A DNA stretch of 64,000 nucleotides. It comes from Callorhinchus milii. Taxonomy: Eukaryota. The position numbers and the translations under genes are program-made. The notes under the pieces were generated by a model. The model was given only the letters and a program-made list of their open reading frames with translations. It did no database searches and was not told the origin of the DNA. Positions 40,230 to 53,307 of this stretch are shown in pieces. The stretch is taken from positions 8,310,001-8,374,000 of the forward strand of contig NW_024704743.1 of assembly GCF_018977255.1 (NCBI RefSeq), in the 5' to 3' direction. The first letter of the stretch is position 1, and every line of letters starts with the position of its first letter.

Positions 40230-43120
40230 ACCATGAATAAATACGAGGTTTATTCAATTGAGTTTATGCCTTAAAAACCACTCATTTTGACAATAAGTTC
40301 TGAGGAACAAACTTACAATAAGCACTTGAAGAATACACTGTAATGCAATCAGGACAGCAAGGCATTTAACTATTGAACAATTGAGAATTCATTTGCATTT
40401 AACACCCAGTGTATTGTCCTGTCCAGATATCTGCCATGGCAACTTTGATGCAGAAGATTTCATATTTGAAATTCCACAAAAAAAATCATACAAAGATCAT
40501 GAAACAGGTACTTGAAACAGCAATGTTAAAGTGTTTTACCATATAAAAATACATAATGTTCAGTAGAATTGAACTGCATCGCTTTTATAATGTACTGATG
40601 CTTCATTGCTGGTATTTGTAAAACTTCAGGAGTTGTAGGCACATGCAATACCTCTAGTTTATTCAGAGAGATTAGAGCAAGAGACAAATCAACCTTTCTA
40701 CTAAATACTCAGTAACCATTCTCTCTGAACACAAAATCTGACAAGTGAAAATGTAAAATTCAGTTAATTATATATTATTTTTAAGACAGTGTAGACATCT
40801 TGCAAATTAAAAAAAATTGTTTCACCTCAGGAAATGAACTAGCCATTTACAGTCAAAAACATTGGCTGACTTTTTTATGAAAAAAAAGTGCATTTTGAGC
40901 TGGCAGATTAGAAACCAAAGATCAAATTAATGCTGTTGATAGTGCATCTATGTTGCCTTTCATCAGGTGTCTTGATAAACTGACTGGTTGATCAGTAGCA
41001 AGAACATTAAATCCAAGTGGATCGATCATCCCTGACTGAAAAGGCTCCAGATACAACTGTTCCACAGTAATGTTGGGAGGACTTAGCCATTATACTTTAA
41101 GTCACAGTTGCTTTATTGGCTGATTTGTCAGTCAGCCTCCAGCATCTGAGAGAAGTGAAGATGGGACCCAGTAACCACACTGGGGACGTTACACTACATC
41201 AAATTATCTGCCTTTTTCATTGCCAAAATTTCACAAAATAAACAATTACCTATTTTTGTTTAAAGTATTCAGCACATATTGCTCATTTATCCTGTCTACA
41301 CAAAAAACACCTGAACTCCCTACAGTTTGGCTTCGCTTGTAAATAACTAATTTACTTTCATACATAAATTAACTCACTTATTCACACAAAAACATCCTAT
41401 GTCAGCCATGTACACTATCAGAAGGATTTACGCACTAAATGTAGAAAAACTAATTGGTGGAGTCTTCTGCAAACAGAATTACATGAATGACAGGGAGATA
41501 ATCCCAATTGAATTCACAATGGGATCTGGCTTTATAAAAACGATGTATCATTTTAAATTTCAGGCTGTACAACTTCCTGTAAATCTCAGCAAAATTTTGT
41601 TCAATTTTAGAGATTGAGATTTTTGCTTTCGTCCATGGGGATGCTTCTTTACCGGGGAGCATCCTATTGAATTTATTGCTTTCTCATTTCATCCACAAAT
41701 CATCTAATCCCATAACCTACTCTAGTCGAGAAACCAATTATTCCACCAGTTAGCATGCTTTAGTCTTTTCTGCCTACATTAAGCTAATAACCTCTTATTC
41801 TACACCCATCTTGGTCTCTAGGCAAACACTAGGGTTAAACCTGAATTCTCTTATGGATAAAATGTTTTTAAAGACACGGGAAGGTCTCGTCAACTCCTGT
41901 ATTTTCTGGTACTAGACATCTAGACTAATACTGAGTTTTTCCAAACTTATAAATGATCCAATAACAAACTGCATTCCGCAATCTTGCAACTATGTCGCAT
42001 TTGTAGCAAAGAACAGTGCATTTCGTCAACCACGCTGCATTGCACTGGCTATCAGCGAATGCGGTGAGCACTAGCATGCACCAAGCATTAGCCTCATGCT
42101 AGATGAGGAGTAACATGCATCTCTCAATCATTTACTTTGTGTCAGAAGCAGTCTACTATATTGTGAAAGGTTTCGCCTACAGTGCAAACAATTAACCTAT
42201 TAAAATTGCAGCCAGTGCATTGCTTGAACTCAAAATATTTTAAGGATGTCTACTTGTTGCAAGGGATCCCAGCATAATGCAGCACGGTTTGTGGTATACA
42301 ACCGAAAGTCATGGTAAGAATCTGGACAGGACAAACCAAGTAGTATTCTAGATTAGGCCAAATGCCTTCATCTCCTCTCCCCAAAATGTTATGGTCAACC
42401 AATGTGTTTTAGCATTGTTTTATTTGGAGAATTAAAAAAATATTCCATAACCAAAGTCAGGCAATGCAACATTCATATCAATTGGCCTCATCAAAATGCT
42501 GTATTTCATTCAACTTTAGCAGCTTTTTTTGTGCAACCCACCCTCACCAGCTCCGAAGCTCTAACCACCTACTGTCATGAATGCACTCAGTATTCAAGCT
42601 ATATTGACTAATCCTCTTCATCTCTCCAAAAAACAAAAATGTAGGAAAACAAGTTCAAGTACTATCTTAATTTACACAAGGGTGATAGTTGTGTTCCTCC
42701 AAATCATTTTCATTGTGAAACAAGCTTATCAAATCTACTTGGCGACATTGTTTCACAAATCCTAGAACAATGAAATGTACACAAATTAGGCTTCAATGCT
42801 TTTGCTAAGTTTTTTTTCCCTGCAACATACATTCAACTTGGCACAGTGCAGACTAAATTTAAGACATGAATGACAATTTACTGTGCAATGGAGCTACACA
42901 TTAAATCACATGTAGTTGTTTGCAAGCCTACATTGCAATCCTTTTTTTTTGCAGGGTGGGGGGATCAAGGAGGAGAATCTGCCAAGGGTAGAGTTGTACA
43001 GTTTTTTTTATTTTCAAAAAATAATCCTGTGAAAAATCTCAGTGGACGAGTTCACACTGCCTTGGAATGAAGGGTTGATTTGGATGCTGTCTGCTTCTCC
43101 TCTTTGATTATGTTGTTGCT
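40230..43120 (-). other. KIF5B: Probable KIF5B 3'UTR (~2.9 kb) with candidate AATAAA signals at 42419, 41672, 41112, 40638 and 40249
   Basis: Long AT-rich stretch with no recognisable SINE/LINE after the terminal acceptor; plus-strand TTTATT hexamers; true 3' end uncertain. Confidence 0.6.
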
Positions 43121-43127
43121 TTAGCAG
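43121..43127 (-). CDS. KIF5B: Coding part of the probable KIF5B terminal exon (C TGC TAA; default end ...SDKFC*)
   Basis: Strong acceptor ttgtttttcctccctttgcag starting at 43128; phase-2 junction gives one Cys and then a stop. Confidence 0.7.
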
Positions 43128-43549
43128 CTGCAAAGGGAGGAAAAACAATCAGTACATAGAGAATTCAAAAGGCATCACAGATCCAGTGTTGAGCTGTATG
43201 AACATGTACATCATCAAAATTCAAATACAGTATTTTCATTTATATAATCCTATTTACAACAGTTAAAAACTCAGAAAGCCATTTAAAATCTTACATTTGT
43301 TAATTAATAGACTAAGATGATGAAAGGTAAAGGATTATTTTAGTAAGTTACTCACATACAGTGAACATAAATCCACACCCCCCCATTATTAAGAAAAAGA
43401 ACGTGAGACACAGAAGGCTATTATTGGGGCTGCTTTATTGATTTTAAACAGAATGACGATTATTTAAAAATAGCCATATTGTCTGAAATCCCGCTAAAGT
43501 TAAAATACATCTGGTATAATCTGTCCTGCCTCCCCACATTTGGTCCCTA

Positions 43550-43830
43550 ACCAAGACCTCCTTCCTCCACCTCCGTCACATTACCCGCCTCCGGCCACCC
43601 CAATGCAGCCAAAACCCTTGTCCACACCTTAGTCACGTTAACTATTCCAATGCCCTCCTCGCTGATCTCCACAGCTCCACTATCCACAAACTACAACTGA
43701 TTCAGATCTCTGCCGCCCGTATACTTGCCCACACTAAACTCCTTTCCCCTATCACACCAGCTACTCTGGCTTCATAGCACAGAACAAATCTATTTCAAGA
43801 TGCCCTCACTCATCTTCAAATCCCTAAATT
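43550..43830 (+). mobile_element. Old L2 fragment in the last KIF5B intron
   Basis: FLHLRHI; YSNALLA; IHKLQLIQ remnants. Confidence 0.65.
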
Positions 43831-44800
43831 AAATATTACCACAAAATGGGTAATAAAAATTATAGTAAAATGACCAAAGGCCAAAGCTGAAGTTTGGACG
43901 TAGGAGAAAGTGGCAAATATTTTCAATTGATAATCCCTGAATAATTTCAGCAAAAAGATGTACAATTTTCTGTTTAACAATGTTATAATGAATATCTAAA
44001 CAGATTTGTTAATTTAGAATCTTTCTTATTATGTCATAGGTCAAGGTTTTATAATCAAAAGGCTTGTATGTTTTCCAGAAACATGTAAAAGGGTAGAAAC
44101 CTACAAAAGTCAACTATTTAAATCCTTAATTGCAGGTTAGTAAAACAGCAACTTGCATTTGTATAGAGCCTTCACGCAGGATAGCAACTCATAGAGCTGA
44201 AATTACAGTGGTAATTATTTTCTTTAATGCATAAAAAAATTACAAATATGCAAATGGTTCAAAGTGATATGTTATGGAAAGATTTGGAATGTTTAGTACA
44301 AATGTTTGTTAAGTGAGCACAAATATGACCTAAATAAGCAGCCTCAAATTAGTTGCTGTTTGATGTGTTCTTCAACAGAAAGTAAATGTTCGGTGAAAGA
44401 GACAAACAGTACATGAGAATAAACATTGTTTTTAATAGGAGCATTAAATAAGTTAAAACAAAACTAATGTAAGACCATTATACAGTATCTTGGAATTCAA
44501 ATTTGCGATTCAAATTCAAATTCAAATGTACCTAGGATGAGAGGAAAAAAAGTGTGGAGACCTGCATGGACAAATTCAATAAAGGATTACTGTGCTTTTG
44601 GTAAGAACAAAGGGTTAGCGTACAGCCACAGGATTACAAAATTAATTGATTGGCACTAAATTGAATGGTAATTATTTTGCTTTATGCATCAAATTATTGC
44701 AAATCTGGAAAATGGGTCAAAAGGAAATGTTATGAGGAAAGATTAGGGGAAGATTAGCTACCACTATTAGAGGGAGAATAGCGGAGAATATAGTATTCAC

Positions 44801-44828
44801 CTATTGTCATTTACATCTCTCACGTCAC
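44801..44828 (-). CDS. KIF5B: Candidate KIF5B 28-nt cassette microexon ((G)DVRDVNDN(R/S)), KIF5A exon-27-like
   Basis: ccttcag acceptor preceded by a tttcttttct tract; TAG|gtgaat donor; phase 1/2; resembles recalled KIF5A GNATDINDNR. Confidence 0.7.
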
Positions 44829-46909
44829 CTGAAGGTCCATGAATATTTAGAAAAGAAAGTGAAATATTATCATTAATGCAGAATAAGTTTTGTGAAGTAT
44901 TTTCAGTGAAAAAAAAGAGTCTAAAGATAGCCTTTTCCCAAAAGAAGATGTTTTATAGTTAAGTAGAAGTCAACAGTCCTCAATTTTAATGAAATAGTCC
45001 CACTAGTTTCACACAATATGTGAGTTCAAACAGATTTGCATTTAAAATACAGATAACCAAGTTATACCACAATTATGCTGAAGGTATTGGTGGAATGTAT
45101 CCACCAGACTGGTACTGTACAAGATAACATTACAGTTGGGAGTAATGCAGAACACATTAGTGAAGCAAAGGTCTAAACGCATAGAAAATAGAGCTCCATT
45201 AACTGACAAGATGGCCTGTTCTTCAGCACTGAAATGCAACAAGAGTCCAGTTGACTGCCTCTAAACATTTTTAAAAGTTCAAATTACTTCAGCTCTTAGA
45301 CATAAACCAAAAACAGTTACTCCTGCAGAACATTATCTGGAATACATTTATAATTTAGCCAGGTTTCATGAAATTATAGAAAGTCAGCACATCTATATAT
45401 ACAAAAAACTCTTGTAAAAACCTGCCATTTTTTGAAAAATAATGTATAATGGCGTATCAGTCTAAAATCAGAACTAAATAAACTGACTTAATACTATGAA
45501 TCTAAAAGGTTATCTACAATGTTAATCTTGTTGCAGGATTCAGCGGGTAGCTTGTTATAGGATTCCCCATGAGCAACAGGGAATGTTGCCAGTAACCAGC
45601 GGTACATCATGGCTGGTTTGAAGGAACTCTACCTCCGACACTTCCAAGTGAATGATCTGCAGTGACGTTCTGCCGATTACAAGCAGAATTCCCAGAGACT
45701 GACTCTGAGTTCCTATTACTTAATTCAGTTCTGAATCACTGCTTTTTACATAGAAAATTACAACATGGAAACAGGCCATTTCATCATTAGTCTGTGGCGT
45801 GTTTAGCTCCACGTAAGCCTCCACTCCTCTTAATCTCCTGTCCCTCACGTTTAACTGCTTGTTCTTGAGGTGGAGATCCATAGCATTGTGTTGAAGAGAA
45901 GCAGGGAATTCTAACCAATATTCATCTCACCCAAAGTCTCCAAAAAGTTATTTTTAATCAATCAAATTAAGTGTGGGATGCTGCTGCATTTCTCCACTTA
46001 ATACTCCTAACTTGTAGATTTATATGAAGCAAATTGCTGTTTTGTTGCAATAGGCACCAAATAAGAAAATCAGCAGAGCCTCATTACAACACAGTGGTTG
46101 GATCCTTAAAATCCTACAAGGTTGCAGTAGCTGGTTTCAACATGCGCACACAGCCAGCAAACCCTGCGTGGTGTGCTTTTATTAAATGTAGGTGGAGGAA
46201 AAAAAACAGGCACGATAAAGAAACCAGAGAAAATTACAGGAGCTATAGGATTTTGTGTACATCAATAACACAAATAGAGACAACGTGTAATTCAGGAATT
46301 AAATGAAACATTTGATTCATCATTCTGTACAACTACCATGCTACTGAACAAAACTTAACTTCTAAATTATGTACTGAAACCATACATCAGTAGAATGCCA
46401 ATTATCCACAAGTCTAACTGCATCCGGCTCCAGTGCAGAAGTGGATGCAGGGTTGCAAGTCACTGGCTAAAAAAAAATCCAGTTACTTGCATGTATGAAG
46501 TTGTATGAATGTGTGCAAGATTATTAAGGACACTATTCAGCCATGTATCACAAATAACTTGAAGGTATCTTAATCAAGCACTCAACTTCATACATGCTAG
46601 TAACAAAAAATTTTTTGGGATGCCAGTAACACAAAACGTCACTTATATTTTTGTCTTAAGTTTTAAGTCAGAGAAAAAATAGAGACTGAGACAGAAAGGG
46701 AGAGAAAGAAAAAGTTAAGAGTCAGAGAGGTTGACAGAGTGTGGTACTATGACACCTGATAGAAAAAAAGTTAGTATTTTAGCCAATTAATATTTAGTGA
46801 AATGATCAGTTATCCATAATGGTCCCTTATCCACAATGAGGCCAGTCCCAATTAGTGCTGATAATTGTCTCTCTACCAAAGTCACTACTATATCTGGACA
46901 ATAACCTAC

Positions 46910-46977
46910 CTTTAACAGATGAAGGCATGAAGCCAATGTCTCCAATTTCAGCATTATTAGTCATCCCTCCACTGACA
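46910..46977 (-). CDS. KIF5B: Candidate KIF5B cassette exon, 68 nt ((F)VSGGMTNNAEIGDIGFMPSSVK)
   Basis: ttttttatag acceptor and AAG|gtaggt donor; stop-free in the phase-2 frame from the tail exon; ends in phase 1. Confidence 0.65.
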
Positions 46978-49900
46978 CTATAAAAAATTCAAGTTCCTTT
47001 TAGTACAATTGTAGATTTCTAAACAATATTAAGATGGAAATTATGAAATTTATTGGATTGTGAAAGTCCTAAATCTACATGCCTATAACAGGCTTCGACC
47101 TAACTGGTTTGTAAACTCGGCCTGTACAGAAAGTGCACATTGTCTGGGAAGAAAACAAAACCAGCACTAGGTTTCCAATGAGAAGAATATTATAATTGAA
47201 ACACGACGATAGTATATTGAATGTTGAAGCATTCCCTCATAACCCAGACCTAGCTTGCACTACCTGAGAAAGATGACCATTTTCTTTCAGGTGACCAGTG
47301 ATGCATTTTCTGAGGTTATCTTTTGTGTTTAAAAAAAACTGCAAATATTTCAGAAATGTTACTATTGTAATTTTGTCTAAATTCGACACCAATGATATTC
47401 AGAACCAGAATTCTTAACATTCTTCTTTTGTATCATATACTGTAATATACATCAGAAAACAAGATTGCACTTTCAAACTTGTGGTTAGCATTGGATTAGC
47501 ACACAGAATCTTATTCTTGTTAGTTCACAAAATGACATTGAAGAACATTTCCAGGAAATAATTTAGCTGCAATAGGCAGCTGTTGGCCAGTTTTCTTGTA
47601 GATTGTTCACTTCAGCAGATGTCTGAATCTGAATCTCAATTTTATTGACTGACACTCGCGCAGTGTTTATCGAGCTTTCAATAGTTCTCAGCAAAACCAC
47701 TAGATGGAGGTTTTTACTGTAGAGAAGGCTGAAAAAACTTTTTTTTGACAACCAAGAGCATCAATGGCAATAGATTATTGGGTTGTTCAGTGACTGGGAA
47801 ACTGTGATAATGGCTTAATAAGTTAGTCTCAGATGAAAGTTGGACTTGTCAGAAACAATGTCATGTACAAAACATTAATGTTCATTCAAATATTCATTGT
47901 AAAGCACTACAGTGCATCTTAAAATGGGTGCAATTTGTAATCTTGACCAAAACTAACAAAATATGGCACCTAAATTCGTGCAAATTTTCAATGACCTCTG
48001 AATCCTGTAATATTTGGGATTAATCCTGCAATAATACAGGAAGGGCCTTGGGACATCTTCCTGATGTGAAAGGCGCTATACAAATGTAATTTATTGTTGC
48101 CATTTACAATGGTTGACCTACATTTCAGCTTGGTAATCCAGGTGTCTGAGACACCAAAACTCATCACCATGCTTAAGAATACCCAAACCAGAGTTTCATA
48201 TAACTATGCCACTTACACGTGAAAAATTCCATGCATCTGGAATGGAACCCACACTTTCTCTGCTTAGCTAGAGAGTATATTCTAGAGAGTATTAGGTGCA
48301 GGTTGTCAACTGCCAAAACTTGGGGTACCCAAGAGTGTGCGTAGGGTTCTGCTGGAGTTTAACCAGCTAAACCACACAGCTTGCCATCAGGAGCAATGTA
48401 TAGCAAGCTTCCCACTATCTGTTGGGTAGGACTACCCTATCCATAAAGGCATTGACTGGCAGGGTTAAGGGAGCTGAATGGGAAGAATCACTACCCCCAG
48501 TCTCACTGAACTTCACTCAAGGAGCAAGGCTGGCTGGGCTGTCATCAACAGTGCTGTGGAGTATTGCCCAATCTGGCTCTAGAACAGAACTACCAGACGA
48601 CCACAGAAGGTTGACTTAATTCTGACATCGCGTGTTACCTTGGAGCCAGCTCAGCTTCAAGCGGGCCCCCCAAGGTGGATAACCTACATATTGGTTTATA
48701 TTTCTGGCCATAACTTCAAAGTAGAACAAACACGTAAAGGAAAACATCTTCTGCATAGAACTATTCAGGCCATCGTGGAATTGCAGGAGATTTCCCCATC
48801 CCTCAAGTTTAATAAAAGGTCAAACACGTACAGCAAAATAGTATTAGAATAGGGACTAAGGAGTTTCAAAAATGGAACTAGATAAATTCCTGGAAATTAA
48901 GAGGATTTGATGAGAATTAGGTGATGAGTTTTTTTAAAGATGTTTTTGTTGGGAAATTAACTGGGCTGACTAGATGGAAAATAGTCTGTACTCCCATGAA
49001 ACCATCACCTGTATTATATTACTTTCCCCCCAACAAGTAATTTTGAAGCAAAGATCAATTGAATAGGATTGTTTATTTGAGTTCAATACAATACAATATT
49101 AATTTTAGTTCTTTTAAGACAGATACAAAAGCACACATCGATTGTATACACTTTTCATCTGAAAAAAAATTGCAGCCATTTAAAGTGATGTAGCTTCATT
49201 GCTCCATCAAGGTCTTGCTTATAGTGCTAAATGGAAACTAAATTTCTCACATAGTTCAATTTTGTAAATGTGTTATCCTCATCAACACAGATGTAAAATG
49301 TTCTGAATTAAGATAGGAAAACAGACCATTCAGCTCAGAGCTTGTTTTATGGTTCATTAGATCTTGTCAGATCTTTTAATCCCAATCCCCTGCCCCTTGC
49401 CATAACCTTTAATATGTCAACTACCCAAAAGATTATCTCATTGTAGCTTTTCTATGCTTATTTCGAGCAAGCAGAAAAATAGGCAGATTAATTCCTGCTG
49501 AAATCTACAGATGACTGTGAAAAGATGGTTAGGATGCATGTAGAGCAGGAACATTGATGTTTATCTCCTTAAGAGCAAAACATTTTAGTTCCTGGATATG
49601 AAAATACATTACTGTAATAAATAAGGCTTTGCAACCCGATCAAGCTCACTGACACTTATTTTAGCAGTGAGTGGAAATACTCTACAAAGCATGACCAGAG
49701 CAGAACATTTTATGTCAGTATTTTCTTCCAGTGACAGAAAAAATGCATCCGGACTGAGACATCATTTTGGCACATACTTTCATCATGAGAACAGGTTGAT
49801 AAAGCATGCAACCAAATCAATAAATACAATTCTTCTCATTCTCAAATAATGCTAGTTTATACTCTACTTTGCACACCAATTCAGTGCAAAACAGTATAAC

Positions 49901-50702
49901 ATCACATTTGTAGAATGGTGATAAGTAATGGAACCTTGGGTTTATCTATAGTAGGCATTTTCACTGAGACATCCAATTAAAATCACTGCAACAGAAATGC
50001 AGGCAGTCCAAAATGATCAGATGTCCCCTCAAAACTTTACAAGCTTTGAAGGAACTAATTTTTAAATGAGCCAGTGGCATAATCAGCTCTTTAAAAAGTT
50101 AAGAAAGTAAATAGTATTTGGCAGAGCCACCTTCATTTGGTTCACCTGGTAGCACTCTAACATCTGAGTCAGAGGATTGCGAAACACCTGAATGAAGATG
50201 CTGTAACCTTTCTTTGCAAGAACAATTGGAAGTGGAAAGAAATTCTCGCTTCTAGCAGAATAATAGGTACCAAGACAAATCCACTCCATTTATTTGACAA
50301 TCAAATTTGATGGGTTTACAAAAATGTACATTTTAGCAATGGTTCTCATCTGAGTCAGTCACTCAGTCCAGAAACTACATCTCAGTATAATTCATCTATT
50401 ATTGGTGACCAGTATTGAATTGCATATGTAAAACTGTCTTAAGATTTTCTCCAATGAAGACAGGATTAGCAAAATTTAGAAAGGGTGAGAATTAACATTT
50501 TGTAGATATTTGGAAAACTTGATGCAACAAATCCATGAAAGTAATAAAAGCAACATATACAGGTTCTTTGCTTGCAATGAGGCTCGCTCCATGAAAACAG
50601 AAAAAACAGATGAGGTGATTTTCAAACCTTAAATACACACAACATATCTTGATTTCGGCTGTTTTAGAAACACGTTTCTTTGAACTGTCCCATCATACTT
50701 AC

Positions 50703-50844
50703 AACTTATCCGATTTGGTGTTGCCACCACCACCTCCACGTACTGCAACAGCCTGGCTGTTCTGGAAAAATCCACCTCCCCCACGAATTGCACTTGGGTG
50801 AGTTGGGGAAGCCATCGGAGGCTGGCCAGGACGTACAGGCTTAG
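50703..50844 (-). CDS. KIF5B: KIF5B tail exon completing the autoinhibitory IAK motif ((A)[24 protein letters not shown]...NTKSDK), 142 nt
   Basis: Within ORF 50699..50884; [12 protein letters not shown] and VAVRGGGG are KIF5B-type rather than KIF5A/C; TAG acceptor, GTAAGT donor; phase 1/2. Confidence 0.92.
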
Positions 50845-51625
50845 CTAGAAGAGGGAAAAAAAATCCACTTGTGATAAATATCAAAGCAAGATTTAAACAA
50901 AGCTACTTAATAGTTTGTGGCCAATATTTTGCTTACTTGTTGTAGTTCAGTTATGTTTGTTGTTGTTTTCTATACGTTAAAATGATAAAATTACAAAAAA
51001 ATGCCATGGATGGCAGAGTAAATCATCATCTTTGAGAACTACTTTAATCCCTACATTCTACAGATACTAAAACCAACTAGAATTTATACTGTTAACCAAT
51101 AATCCCAACGTAATTTCATTTTTGAACTACCAGAGTTTCGTAACTGAACATTTCTAGATGCTGATGGTCTACAACTATGAGATTTAAATTTAGATGTTAA
51201 TTTTATTTAAATTGCACTTTTAAAGATGACCATTATTTCATTTTTCCACAACTGTACAAAGATTGGACTTGTTGCCCAAAACAGTTTTTAAAACTGGTTA
51301 CTAATCCAATGAACAAAAAGGTCCCTTTTGACTGCTCCTCATAGATTACTAAATCTACACAAATTACTTTAAACTGCATGTTAGTATATACCATGATATA
51401 TTGCATCTGAAACAAAACCATTCATTGTAAAATATAGTTGCTCCTCACAAGCCGAATTGTACTACAGCAGAGCAGCACAGCATGTTTGATTATAATATTC
51501 AGTAATTAATTTATGAAATTAAAAATTAACCGTGAATTAAGTACAGGACAGAATTTCTAATGCTGATAAAATGATTATTTCACAACTATTACCTGCTGAA
51601 GTAGAGAATAAACATTTTACTGCTA

Positions 51626-51934
<309 letters not shown>

Positions 51935-51985
51935 CTAAATGCAATTAATGAAGTATAAAGATTAGTCGCAAAGCTTGTCAAATTT

Positions 51986-52141
51986 ATAATAATAATCCTT
52001 GCATTTGATATAGCACCTTAGCACATCTTTGAGATGTCTGAAAGCGCTTCACAGAATATACTGTAAAGTGAATTGACTGCACATTTTGTGGGTGAAACGC
52101 GACAGCTGTGTCCCACAAACAGTCATGGTTTGAGTAACCAC
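51986..52141 (-). mobile_element. SINE 3' part
   Basis: Family match. Confidence 0.85.
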
Positions 52142-53181
52142 ATTGCTTTATTTGAGGCAATGATGGAAGAAAAATGGTTTGTTTAATGCATTTGTTCATG
52201 AAGATGTTGCCCACAAAACAAAGTCACTATACTTTACAGCAAATTCTGTCAAGTGCTTTGGGATGTCCTTCTGACATCAAAGGCGCTACACTAAATGTAA
52301 GGATTATTATCATCATAAGAAACAGAACCTGCACATATCAATTTTATCAACACATCAAGTATATTAGTTATAAATCAGTTCATAATTGGAAAACAGCATT
52401 TCCAAATGGGCACTAACACTGAAGTAAAGTGGGCTGCAATGTTGGGATTTTAAAAAATCGTTGCATGTGCCTAAGGTTCTTTTGTAGTTCTAGAAGCCAA
52501 ATTAAGGAGTTTTTGTGGTCCATGTGAAATTTTATTGTTGGGTCAAATGAATAAATAAACACAATCCAGACACTAGGATGCCTGGTGAATCCTTTGTGAG
52601 GTGCCAATTACATCAATGGAAGATAGTTCTATTCTATATTCTAACTTTCCTAACTTTTGAATGGCATCGCCCATTAGAATAAGTGAATTATTTTCAAACT
52701 ACTGAAACGAGTATTTATGTACAATTTGAGTTACTAATATTGAAAACATAAAAGTATTACAATATCAATTTGATTACATTTACATGAATCTTACATTTCT
52801 GCAAGATTCACATAATTGCTGATCTGAAACATTTGGTACAGCAAACAGTCTGTTACAATTGTGGGTCCAGACTGGATAATGTGTTCAACTGTACCATATA
52901 GATTTGTAAAATCCAAACAAATCTGTTTGGATTTGAATAATTGTCACAGCATTAAGAGTTAATTGGAACAAAAATAATCCTCACATTTGATCCTCACATC
53001 CTTTATGTTGGGAGGACGTCTCAAAGTGCATTGCAGGACTTACTACAAGTGTAGTAAGCGAATGCCCATTTTATAGAAATTCACTACTTTTCAACAAATC
53101 CTACAAGATCTTCAACACCCAACTGAACAGGAAAAACATTAAATGCATCCCACAAAAAAGCTAGTGTTACTAATAAGATCA

Positions 53182-53307
<126 letters not shown>

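Noticed and set aside
45612..45656. Phase-1 compatible frame DHSLGSVGGRVPSNQP* after a CAG on the minus strand
   Set aside because: No polypyrimidine tract and no homology recognised
52909..52934. 11-bp perfect inverted repeat (and a 25-bp near-palindrome at 1762-1786)
   Set aside because: Short and isolated; compatible with chance or tiny transposon remnants
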